DNA from: Camelus ferus
Lineage: Eukaryota
NCBI RefSeq assembly: GCF_009834535.1
Contig: NC_045696.1
Coordinates: forward strand, 24,616,001-24,680,000
Direction of reading: 5' to 3'
Length of the DNA stretch: 64,000 bases
Shown here: in pieces, positions 38,385 through 50,340 of the stretch
Position numbering within the stretch: position 1 is the stretch's first letter
Layout of the letters: every line of letters starts with the position of its first letter
Made by a program: the position numbers and the translations under genes
Notes under the pieces: model-generated
Told to the model about the DNA's origin: nothing
The model's input: the letters and a program-made list of their open reading frames with translations, nothing else
Databases searched by the model: none

Positions 38385-41300
38385 ATATAACAACTAGGCC
38401 TAATAAAAATCTATAAAGCACTCCACACAAGACAGCAGAATACACATTCTTCTCAAGTGCAGATGGAACATTCTCCAATATACAGTTAGATGATAAAACA
38501 AGTCTGATTAAATTTAAAATTTAAGATAATTCAAAGTATGCTCTCTGATCATAACAGAATAATATTAGAAATCAACAACAGAAAGAAATTTTGGGAATTC
38601 AAAATTACGTGAAAATTAAAGAACATACTTCTAAATAACCAATGGTTGAAAGAAGAAATCACAGGGTAAATAAGTAAATACTTTGATATCAATGAAAATG
38701 AAAAATACAACATGCCACAACTTAGGGTATGCAACAGAAGTCATGTTCAGAGGGAAATTTATTGGATAAAATACTTATATTAAAAAAGAATAAGAATTTC
38801 AAATCAATAATTTAGTATTCCACATTAAGAAATGAGGATCAGTAGACTAAACCCAAAACAAGCAGCAGTAAGAAAATAATAAAAATTAGAGCAGAAATAA
38901 ATAAAATAAAGGAAAGAAAATAATAGAGAAAAATCAACAAAATTAGAAGTTGGTTCTTTGAAAAGATCAACAACTAACAACAACAACAACAAAATTAAAT
39001 ATAATTTTACTAGACTTACCAAGTTAAAAGAATCAGTTTATTCAAATCAAGAATGAGAGAGAAGATATAACTACCAACTTCACAGAAATAAAAAGGATTA
39101 TAAAGGAATATCATGAACAATTGTATGCCAACAAACTAGGTAACTTAAATGAAACAAAAAAATTCCTACAAAGAAACACATTATTAAAACCGACTCAAGA
39201 AAAAGTAGAAAATCTGAATAGACAATAACAAGTTAATATATTTAAGTAATATTCAAGAATTACCCACAAAGAAAAGCCCACAACAAGATAACTTCACCAA
39301 TAAATTTTATCAACCATTTAAAGAATAATTAAAACCAGTATTTCCAAAGTCTCTCCAAAAATAGATGAATGGAATGCTCCCCAACTCACTCTATGAAGCC
39401 ATTATTCTGATACAAAAAGCTAAAAAAGTATCACAAGGAAAAGAAAACTACAGAGCAATATTCTTTATGGATATAGAGAAAGTAATCTTCAATCAAAACA
39501 CTAGCAAAACAAATCCAGCAACATACCAAAAGAATTACACACCATGACCAAGTGAGATTTATCCCAGTAGTGCAAGGGTGGTTCAACATAAGAAAATCAA
39601 CCTATATTACATTATACATTACATTAACAAAATGGGAAAAAAATTCAATAATCTCAACAGATGCAGAAAAAGCAGTTGAGAAAATCCAACACTCTTTCAT
39701 GATTAAAAACACTCATCAAACTAGAAATAGAAGGGAACTTCCTCAATATGAAAAAAATAATTTATAAAAATCCCACAGCCAGCATCATACTTACTAATAA
39801 AAGACTGAATGCTTCCCTGCTAAGATCAGAAACAAAACAAGGATGTTTGCACTTGCTATTTCTATTCAATATTGCACTAGAGATTTGAGCCAGGGTAATT
39901 AGGTAAGAAAAAGAAGTTAAAGGCATTCAGATTGGAAAGGAAAATTAAAATTATATCTATTTGCATAATTCCATTCCTGGGCATAAATATCTAGAGAAAA
40001 CTATAACTCAAAAAGACATATGCATCTCAATGTTCATAGTAGCACTATTTACAATAGTCAAGACATGGAAACAACCTAAATGTTCATCAACAGGTGTATG
40101 TGTATATATACATACATACATACATACATAATGGTATATTACTCAGACATAAAAAAGAATGAAATAATCCTACTTGCAGCAGCATACATGGACCTAGAGA
40201 TTACCATATTAAGTGAAGTAAGTCAGATGGAAAAAGACAAATATCTTATGATAGTACTTACATGTGGATTCTAAAAAAAGATACAAATTCTATTTACAAA
40301 GCAAAAACAGACTCATGAACACAGAACACAAACTACTGTTACCAAATGGGAAAGGGTGGGGGAGGGATAAATTAGGAGTTTGGATTAGCAGATATACATT
40401 ACTATGCATAAAATAAATAAACAAGGATCTACTGTATAGCACAGGAAACTATAATCAATTTCTTGCAATAACATATAATGGAAAAGACTATGAAAAGAAA
40501 AAAATATGTATGTAGGTATAACTGAACTGCTTTCCTATACACCTGAAACTAATATTGTAAATCACCTGCACTTCAGTTTTTTTTTAATTTAAAAATTGTA
40601 TCTATTTGCATACAAATTGGTCTTTTATATATAAAATCCTAAGAAAGCTACCAAAAAAAAATTGGAACTAATACAAGTTCAGCAAGGTGGAAGGATATAA
40701 GATCAATATTAACAAATCAGTTGCATTCCTATACACTAACAATAAACAATCCAAAAATGAAATTAAGAAAATTATCCCACTTGTAACAGCACAAAAAAGA
40801 ACAAAATATTTAGGAATTAATTTTATTAAAGTGAAAGTCAGGTACACTGAAGACCACAAAACATCACTGAAAGAAACTGACCTAAATAAATGGAGATATA
40901 CATATTCATGGATTTGAACATTTAACATGGTTAAGATGATAATCCCAAATGGTCTATATATCCAGTGCAATCCATACCAATATTCCTTCCACCAATTTTG
41001 CAGAAATTGACCCACTGATCCTAAAAGTCGTATGGAAATGCAAAGGACACAGAATAGACAAAATAACCTTGAAAAAGAACAAACTTGCACTACTCAGACT
41101 TCCTGATTTCAAAATATGAACATAAGGTTATTCATATGTATCAATGTAATAGAATAGAGTCTAAATATAACATTTATGGCCACTTGATTTTCAACAAGGG
41201 TGCTAAGACAATACAGAGGGGAAAGAATACTATTTTCAACAAATTTTTCTGTGATAACTACATATTCACATGCAAAGAATAAAATTGAACTCTACTACAC

Positions 41301-41970
41301 ACAGTATAGAAAAATTAATTCAAAGTGAATCATACACATAAATGCAAGGGCTAAAGCTATAAAACTCTTAGAAGAAAACATAAGAGTAAATCTCCCAAAT
41401 TTTAGATGAGGCAGCACTTTCTTTGATATGATACAAAAAGCACAAACAACGAAAGAATAATAGATACACTGGATTTCATTAAAATCAGAAACTTGTACTG
41501 CAAAGGATGGTAATCAAGAAAATGTAAGACAAATCATAGATTGTAGGAAAATATTTATAAATCACATATCTGGTAATGGACTTGCATCCATAAGATATAG
41601 TTTTACAACTTAACAATGTGAAAACCCAATTTTAAAAATGAGCAACAGATTTGAATAAACATTTCTCCAAAGAAGATATATGCAATGGCCCATAGGCACA
41701 TGACTATGTTCAATATCACTGGTCTGTACAGAAATGCACTGAAATAATACTTCACATGAATGTGATGGGTAGAATCAAAAAGACAGATAGTAACAAATGC
41801 TGAGAATGTAGAGAAGTTGGAACCCTCATGCAGTGCAGCAGGAATGTGAAATGGTGTAACTGTTTTGGAAAACAGTTTGCAGTTTTTCAAAAACAGTTCC
41901 CATAGAATTAAATGTAGAGTTACTCTATGACTCAGTAATTCTACTCCTAGGATATAACCAACATTGAAAA
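38385..41970 (+). mobile_element. Degenerate L1 (L1M-type) ORF2 region, 5'-truncated, with frameshifts and stops; interrupted by a younger L1 3' end
   Basis: ORF fragments resemble L1 ORF2: LPNSLYEAII (39365), RFIPVVQGWFNIRKS..IISTDAEKA (39552), GYKININKSVAFLYTNN..KYLGIN (40687), YGHLIFNKGAKTIQ (41085). Confidence 0.92.
39968..40591 (+). mobile_element. Younger cetartiodactyl-type L1 3' end inserted in the older L1
   Basis: L1 ORF2 tail and 3' UTR (MDLEITILSEVSQ; aacaaggatctactgtatagcacaggaaact). 21-bp TSD aaaatt(a/g)tatctatttgcata at 39947-39967 and 40592-40612. Confidence 0.9.
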
Positions 41971-41974
41971 ATAC

Positions 41975-42930
41975 CCCCTCATCTTGGTGATTCTATCTAC
42001 TCTAAATTTTCCACCCAGACTTTCTCTCCAATGACTTATATTCAGAGTATCACATGAAACTCCAACTCAGCCTGTTCAAAACTAAATTCATCATTTTCAT
42101 TCTAAAACCTTATCCTCTACCAGTCATCCGTCATCCATCCAGATTCCACTCAGAAATCCAAAACTGACCGTTAACTCTTTCCTCTCTCTGATATTTCACA
42201 TACAATCAGTCACTCAGTCCCATCAATATTAGTACCCAAACATAACTCTCCAAGTTTACTCCTTCCCCTTCATCTCCACTGCCTCTGTCTTAGGCATCAT
42301 CTCCTTTTACAGAATCATGGTCATCAGAATTTTAACTAATCTCCATAACTCCATACTTGATCTCCTCCAATCCATTCCCAGACTGCATTCTAAAATGCAA
42401 ATCTCATTACATCATTCCCCAGTTGAAAATTCTTTCCTGGCTCTCAAGTACTTTCTGAATAAAATTCAAACATTTAGACTGATTTTTAATTATCTGCTCC
42501 TACCTAATTCTCTAGCCTTATCATTCATCACTCCACCACTCCTACCTCATTACCCTATCCTCTGGTGATGAGAGACTGCTTTCAGTTTTTCCAATGAGCT
42601 TTGCTCTCATATCTTTTGAACTAACCCACACTCCCTCCTTATATCTACACCCACTCCTTTTACTGAAACTCTTACTCAGCCTTTGAGACTTAGCTCAGAT
42701 GTTAACCTTCTCTGAAAGGACATCCTGCATATCCTCAGTATAAATCAAATTCCCTGCTGTGTGCTCTCATATAATCCTGGGTATTCCTCTACTATAGAAA
42801 TATCATTCTCCCAAAATTGTTTACTCTCATCAACATGATTACTCTCTGGTGTAAAAACTGTATCCTCAGCACTGAGTAAAGAACCAACATATAGTTAATA
42901 GTTAACCTAAAATATGCAATGGAGAAGTGG
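41975..42930 (+). mobile_element. L2 3' region (continuation of 37860-38283)
   Basis: aactccaactcagcctgttcaaaactaaattcatcatttt..cttctctgaaaggacatcctg..gtatcctcagcactgag. Confidence 0.7.
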
Positions 42931-42949
42931 TTAGCTTATTTGGGTTTTT

Positions 42950-43260
42950 TTTAAGATTGCATATAACAGCATTGGAACATATCCACCATTTATTATTAAT
43001 TCATTAAAATTATGAAACAAAATGTATGGTTGTAAGAATGCATACATATGCGTGTATACATGTGCATATATATAGGAAATACACACATATACATTGTGTA
43101 CTATGTGTATGTATATATAGGAAGAATCTATACAGAAATGGAAAAAATATTAACAGTTGTTCTCTAGGACATGGGTTACAGATATTTCCTTTATTTTCTT
43201 TTTTAGACTTTTCTTTGTTTTTCTATGTGAACATGTATTTCTTTTACCATAAAAATAATT
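42950..43260 (+). mobile_element. Old L1 (L1ME-like) 3' terminus
   Basis: aaatattaacagttgttctctagga..tttttctatgtgaacatgtatttcttttaccataaaaataa. Confidence 0.5.
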
Positions 43261-45242
43261 TTTCAAAGATAAGCTTGTCTATTTTTTTCTCACTGATTCT
43301 ATTGCCACAGTTTTTGAGGCAAACAGAACAGAATTCACTCTCATCTTTTTTCCTCTGTTCTCTTGTCCTAAATTAGACATAAAACTCACTGAATAGCTGG
43401 ACACTGCCAAGGAAGTCAGGATTCTGGAGCTGCATGCATTGGCAGAAGTTGTGATGGCAGGTATAGTTCACAGGGTATCATTTTTTCTCCCGTACTAAAA
43501 TAAAATTGATTTGTGATGGACTAGAAAAAGAATTGAGTGAGTGGTTTGAATTTCTTAAGTTTCGAATCATTATGATCACCATTTAAAATTATAATTAACT
43601 GCTTTCCTGTATCTTAACAAGGGAGAAGAGACTAAGGGGGGAAAAGAAATTACACAGTTATTTCTTAATCCAGCACCCAAAACAAGAAATTCATATTTGA
43701 TTAGACTAAAACGACAATGTTAAGACTCAAACGTGTATTTGAGAATAAACATTGCACTTTGGTTTAGACATTGTTTACTCAAAAAATTATAATGGCTTCT
43801 TCAGAGCAGCAAAAGGTTGATTGAGAAAAATGTTCAATATGAAAGCAGTTAAACTTATGCTGTAGATAACATAAGGTTCAGGTACTATTTTAGAATGAGA
43901 TACATTCTTAGTTCATAGATTATTTTCTTGATTATGTCACTAATCTGACTGAAGCATATGGGCATTGATTCTAAATGTTACAAATTGTATTATATTTCCA
44001 TTGAGAAGTCTCTCATGCTTGCAAAATTTAGAAAGCATTGTAAAACTGTTAGTTCACTTTTCTTTTATAAAACCATGATTCTCAAACAATTTTGGATAAG
44101 GGATAGAATAATATAAACAAAGCAAACCAGTGCTCAACTTTTCACCTATTTGCTATGATCATCTAAACCACTGCCTCGTTGTCTTTATGCCCCTTTCTGG
44201 AGATTTCCTAGGGAAGAATCACTGTTAAATTCAGATACATCTCAAGAGTCTAAAGCAAATTCTGCCATAGCAGGGACATAGCATCGACATGAAGACAATG
44301 GAATAGGAGAATCAAGGAAAACCTTAACCTTAAAGGGGGAAAAAAGACAATGGAACAGTCTGGAGTTTGAGAAAAGAGGAACTTGGAACAGGAAGGAAAG
44401 AACAATGGGCCTTGCCTCCTGATATTTATATGTTATTTGCATGAGTATTAAACCTACTTATTTGTATAAATATAAACCACAACTCTTAAGTATCAAATGA
44501 TCTCCCTGCCCCCTCATTTCTACTGCCCTCTGTCATCCCACCTCTTAAGCATTCCCAACCTTATCCCAAGTTAGGACATGTATTCTCTATGCTCTCCCTA
44601 GTACCATCTTCTATCAGAGGCTTCAACTTAAATGTAAATTGGAGGATGGTGTTTTAAAATCCAATTATTCCCCATAATCGTTATCAAATTGCCATGGTGC
44701 TTGATTTTCTCACCTGTGGATGAGAAAATTTTTCTAAGAAGGCTTCTTTTAAAAGTAGTTAACTCATACAGTCACTAAAAAATTGCCTAGAGTAGGTTCT
44801 TAGGATAGCTATTAGACAGGAAGACTCAATAAGGGATGAAACATGAGGAAAAAAAAAAATCTATCCAAGGTCCCAAGGTTCCAGGGTGGAGTCTGGTAAG
44901 TATACTGAAAGAAAGTTAAATCAAGAGTCAATAGCCTTAGGTTCCAGTCCCAATTTTGTTCCTTGCCGCATATGGCAAAGGACAATTCTCTGGATTATTC
45001 TGTTTTTTCCCAACAAGTCTAACATTGTTTGCAGGATGCTTAATTATGATGTCATGAAGCCAAATGAAATAATTTGAGAGTTCTCTAAAAACTTTCAAAT
45101 ATCATAAATATCTTATTGTTAAATATCAAAAAGTATCAATACTATTCTTATAGAAATACAATAATTTAGAGATTGGGTTGGTTCATGTATATTAGACATA
45201 ATGGATTTATTTATTTCAACAAGGACAGTTTCTTTTGGCAAC

Positions 45243-45982
45243 TTTTTAACTGAATTGTTACACGTACTCAGAAAATTGTACAACTTGATGAATTATCAAA
45301 AAAATGAACAAACCCATGAAATCCCCACCCAGGTCAAGAAAAAGAACATTGCCAGCACCCAGTTTTACTTTGTACCAATTCTAATTACCCACTCTTCTTC
45401 TTATCACCGCCCTGACATCTAATGCCATAGATTAGTTTTGCCTCCTTTTAAACTTTCTCTAAATGAAATCATACAATATATGCTCTTGTATTTTCTTTGT
45501 TCACTGTAACTTTTGTGAGACTGATCTCTTGTACATAGCAGCAGTTTGCCATTTTCATTGCTATATAATAGTCATATGCTGTATATACTAATAAATGAGT
45601 ATTTATAATATATTTATACATTTTTCTCAAAATGGATGGACATTAAGATTTTTCCAGTTTGGGACTACTGAAAATACTACTAACGCAAACATTATTGTAA
45701 GTGTCTTTTGGTATACTTACATATGCCTTTCTACTGAATATGCATATATAAAAAGTATATAGAAGTAAATTTTCCAGGTTATGGGCTTTATGTGTGTTCA
45801 AATTTAGTATATAATGCTAGTTTCACCAGTAGTTACACCAATTTTCATTACTATCATATGGTAAAAAAGTTCCAGTTGCTGGGGGGCCTTGTCAACACTT
45901 GATAATATCAATCTTTTTCATTTTAGCCATTTTAGTGAGTATAGAGTAGCAATTTATTACCATTTTTATTTGCATTTTCCTG
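45243..45982 (-). mobile_element. Old L1 (L1ME/MD-like) 3' region
   Basis: cccacccaggtcaagaaaaagaacattgccagcaccc..ttttccagtttgggactact..tttttcattttagccatttt..tttatttgcattttcctga. Confidence 0.75.
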
Positions 45983-46998
45983 AATCACATCACTCTTTTC
46001 GGTATTGCCAGAAGTAGAACTCCAGTTTCCTGGTAGAACTGCTTCTTATGATCATAAAGAATGAACCCACCTCTATGGAGTCAACTTGTCTTTCTTCTTG
46101 GGTGAGGGATTTTAGCAGTCATGGATTGGGTCTGACTATGTACATCTGTTGTCATATACAGTAGATTTTTCCATTGGACAACTGTCTCTGCAAGTTTTTT
46201 TTTAAAAGTATGTTTGAAAAAAAGGAGGGGGAAAGCAGGGAAGTATTTGAAGAAGTCTACATGTAATAATAAGAGAAAAAAAAAGGCAAAGAGGCTTTCA
46301 CTCAAGATGGCTTACCAAACGCTCTTGAGTTTAGCTTTCCTGCTTCCTCAAATCCCTTTTCTAATGACATAAGAAATAAAACGATAAAAATAAATCCATA
46401 ACAGTACTTGAAGGCTAGGTGGTATGCTACTAAAAACCAGAAAAGTGAAGAATTCCTGGAAGATATTATAAAACAAGTGGGAAGAGATTGACAGTAAAAC
46501 CTAACAAAGCTGAGGAACTATAAATCCCATGCAGCCAAAGAGGAGCTCAAAATAGATGAGTTTTTCAAGCACCAAATCACATAAAGAACAAAAGGAGCAG
46601 GTCTGATAGATGGTATTTAGGCCATGGGGATCTGTCCAGGTAATTAAATAAAGAAGGCTAAAACAGCTATGCCAGGAATCCGTTCCACTCTCAAATTACT
46701 GAATTTCATATTTACTCCCAAGTACAGGGATGTAGAATAAGAATTCCATGACTACACTGAAATTCTGGGCTGAAAAAGTTGAGCAATACCTTGGAGATCA
46801 AGCAACACTCATTATAAAGGTTATATGCAATCTCCCAATCAAATCTGGAGGAAAACCAGCAGAAAGAGTGATCCTTCTGAGCCCACATTTTTTTTAAAAA
46901 GTTACGCCTTTTGAGGACCTGAGACTTGTAGAGAAAATAACTAAAGGACTGAAATTCCTTAGGGGCTCCTTCTTTGGTCATAGGACCTGTCCTGTGCT

Positions 46999-47121
46999 TA
47001 AGGTGACCAGATCATTTCTTGTTCAAACCAGGACATTTCGAAGCATTATCAGGGGAACTGATAGCAATTTTGCTTGTATAAAAGGCAGTCCAAAGTGATC
47101 ATGGATATGTGGTCATGCTTA
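46999..47121 (+). mobile_element. hAT-Blackjack MITE, MER94-like
   Basis: Degenerate TIRs taaggtgacc / ggtcatgctta, internal tcaaaccaggacattt; 8-bp TSD-like flanks cctgtgct / cctatgcc. Confidence 0.65.
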
Positions 47122-47282
47122 CCTATGCCACTCCTGCACAGAAATGAGCAGAAATAGCGCAGTCATATTTCCTCATGTTTGATTAATGGGTCAACTATGC
47201 TTACTGCTCAACTAGATAAGACAAAAATTCGGATCAAAACAAAACAAAACAAAAAAAGGAAAAGTAAAAAAAAAAAGTTTTT

Positions 47283-47624
47283 GTGATAATCAGAGAGAAC
47301 TGAACATACATTTGGGCATTAGATTATATTAAGTAATTACTGCTAATTTGGTTGTGTGTGATAATTGTTTTTCAATTACATTTTTAAGTCCTCATCTGTT
47401 ACACTAACATAAGGAATATTCATAAATGAAATTAATGAACCCAAGATTTGTTTTAATATATTCTAGTGAGGGGTTGGAGTAGTGGGAGAAGGGAGTGTAG
47501 AATAGCTGAAATCAAATTGGCAATATATTGTTATTTGTTGAAGCTGCATGATGAGTAAGTGGAGGATTATTGCACTATTGTATCTACTTTTGTATATGTT
47601 TGAAAACTCCGTCATAAAATTTTT
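47283..47624 (+). mobile_element. L1MC-like 3' terminus
   Basis: attagattatattaagtaattact..tgttgaagctgcatgatgag..ctacttttgtatatgtttgaaaa. Confidence 0.7.
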
Positions 47625-47689
47625 GTGTCCACATAAGAATTTTTAAGCTTAAACTCACAAGAAAAACAGTACATGAAAAAAAAATTATA

Positions 47690-49400
47690 GCCACAAAATT
47701 TGGAAGTGCAGAATTGAGTAATAAATTATTTCAAAATCACAGCAAGCTAAATCCTAAGGTAGCAGTGTGCAAATCTGAAAAATAATCTAATTTGCTCCTT
47801 ATACTCTTAAAAACATGTAAATTGGGGATCCTTTACATGTAGAAGTACACATAAGTGTGAATTAAGGCAAGGAGAACTGGTTGAAAGTCTATTTGAGAAG
47901 CAATTAGACTTCAGTGCTTCCTCTTCCGTGCTGCTTAAGCCAGGATTTGTATCACTGTCACCCCTGCAGAACATTGGAGATGTTATTGGAGTTTAATACA
48001 GAGCTTCTCAGTACTGGGAGATACTAATACTAGGCATCTGAATCAGGCAGATCATACTAAAAACAGAGACACTAAATAAAAGTTTAAACATATATTGAAA
48101 TTGCCAGTCCTTTCTCCTATCTCCCTCCCAGCTCTGAGGATGCTGGCAGCCAAGCTTATACCACCCAGACAGGGGAAAGATTTTATCCAGAGAATCTGAA
48201 CTTGTCACAAGAATAAAAGATCTAAACATTAACTTGAGATCCTCAATGGATAAGGCCTAATAAGAACACCTTAAAATTAAACCGACAATCAACACACCAC
48301 AAACACAAATACAAACATATATATACAAAAGCATTTCAATCAGTTTTTTAGTGCCCAATACTGATATGTGAATATATATCCAAAAATCACCAGACATCTG
48401 AGGATAGTCTCTAACATAAAAGACAAGTCAAAATAAGCTAACATTAAAAAGTAACTTGAAGGAAACAGAATCTATTCAGGGAGAGAGAAGAAAAACAATT
48501 ATTAATATTTTCAAAGAAAAAAGAGGAGCTATTTCATCCATGACATAAGAAATGCCATCTCCACAAAAGGAATAATCATAAAACAAGAAAAAGACCCTTC
48601 AAATTTAAAATATTATAGTAAAAATTAAAAATTAAATAAAAGTGTTAATAATATTTTTAAAACTAGATATGAAATAGAAAAGATAAGAAAATTTTAGGAC
48701 CAGAATAGGAGGTACAATATCCACCAAATAAGAAATAACAAAGCCTGACAGAAAAAGAAAATAATTAAATCAAAAAATATTTTTCAATAAAATTTCCTGA
48801 ATTGAAATATCTAAAATTTCACTTGAAGGGACCCATTCAGTGACCAACACAGTGGATGAATATATACACACATTACACATCATGGTGAACTTTCAGGATA
48901 CTAAGGGCAAAGAGGAGATTCTACAAGAGTCCCAGAAGAAAAACAAACAAGAAGACATTAAAAAAAAAAAAAAACTAGAATAAAAATGCTTTAGCCTTCT
49001 CCAGGAAGCAGTAGATACAAGAAGACAAAAGAACAATGCTTTTAAAATTCTATGAGAAAATTATTTCCAAACTAGGTTTGCATATCTAACCAAACTGTCA
49101 ATAAAATAGAGATATTTTAGCCATGAAAGTTATTAAACAATTTACCTCCGACTACTATTTCTCAGGTAATCACTGGAAGACATGTTCCACTAGAATGAGG
49201 ATGTAAAGCAAAAGAGAAGAATATTTGGGATTAACTTATATGAGAAGCAAAAAGAATTCCACGAAAAAAACTATGAACCTGATATCCAGAAAACCAATAC
49301 AGACTGAAGCTGGTCAACAGGCTGTGAAGAGAGATATCAGGAAGATGAAACTGTCATATCCTATATAAGCATACAAAATAATAAAACAAGTGTAATATGA
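47690..49400 (+). mobile_element. HAL1 / ancient L1 ORF1-like element, degenerate
   Basis: aaaaatcaccagacatctgagg..aaaatttcctgaattgaa..catcatggtgaactttcag..aatgcttttaaaattct..ccaaactgtcaat resembles L1 ORF1-type sequence with no following ORF2. Possible 5' part at ~46300-46700. Confidence 0.6.
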
Positions 49401-49424
49401 ACTTCAGGAAGTTTTTTAAAATCC

Positions 49425-50340
49425 CATATTTGGTACCACATCACCAATATCCCATTCTCTTTTCTTTCTTAAGAATCCCACATCCCATAAGTTAGACAGA
49501 GAAAGAAAAGACAAAAACTGTATCACTTGTATGTGGAATTGAAAAAATAAAACAAACTAGTGAGTATAATTTAAAAAAAAAGAAACAAACAACATGGTCC
49601 TACTATATAGCACAAGGAACTACACTCATTAGGTTGTAATAACCTGTAATGAAAAAGAATATATATATGTGTATAACTAAATCACTACGCTGTACACCAG
49701 AAACTAACACCACATGGTAAGTCAACTATACTTTAGTTAAAAAAAGAAAGAAACAGACTCGCAGATACAGAGAACAAACCAGCGGTTGCCAGTAGGGAAA
49801 GGGAAGAGGGGAAGGGCAAGTAGGGGTAAGGGATTAAGAGGTACAAATTACTCTGTGTAAAATAAATGAGCTACAAGGATATACTATACTGCACAAGGAA
49901 CAGAGCCAATATTTTATAATAGCTATAAATGGAGTATAATCTTTAAAAATTGTTAAACACTATGTTGTACATCTGAAATTTATATAATATTATACATCAA
50001 CTATGCTTCAATAAAAAAAAAAAGAATTCCACATCCCAATGTTTTTATAGACAAGGCCATGTGACTAGTCTGGGCCAGTGTAAGCAAGAATGGCATATAC
50101 ATAATCACTTCTGGTCTGAAGCAATGAAAAGTCCCTGGGTTTTCTACTCCATTCTCTCTCCTTTGCCTTACATTGTTGTTGAGCTGGTACAGCCACAGAT
50201 GAGAAGAACATTGTGGACTGCTGGCTCAGCACATGAAGGACAACTGCCAGGGAGAGTCACTTAATCCTGGAGTGGACCTACATGAGCAAACGACACTGGG
50301 ATTCTGATATTGCTCATTATTATGATATGAACATGTGTGA
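49425..50340 (+). mobile_element. Old MaLR LTR (MLT1I-like), interrupted by L1 3' ends
   Basis: ggccatgtgactagtctgggccagtg..cacttctggtctgaagcaatgaaaag..aactgccagggagagtcac. Confidence 0.55.
49488..50021 (+). mobile_element. 5'-truncated L1 3' end with poly(A), carrying a second nested L1 3' end (~49588-49746)
   Basis: 17-bp TSD aagaat(c/t)ccacatccca at 49471-49487 and 50022-50038. Inner copy flanked by aaagaaaca at 49579-49587 and 49747-49755. Confidence 0.85.

Noticed and set aside
38385..41970. Active L1 or domesticated reverse transcriptase
   Set aside because: Many stops and frameshifts, 5' truncation and a nested insertion; only short ORF fragments remain.
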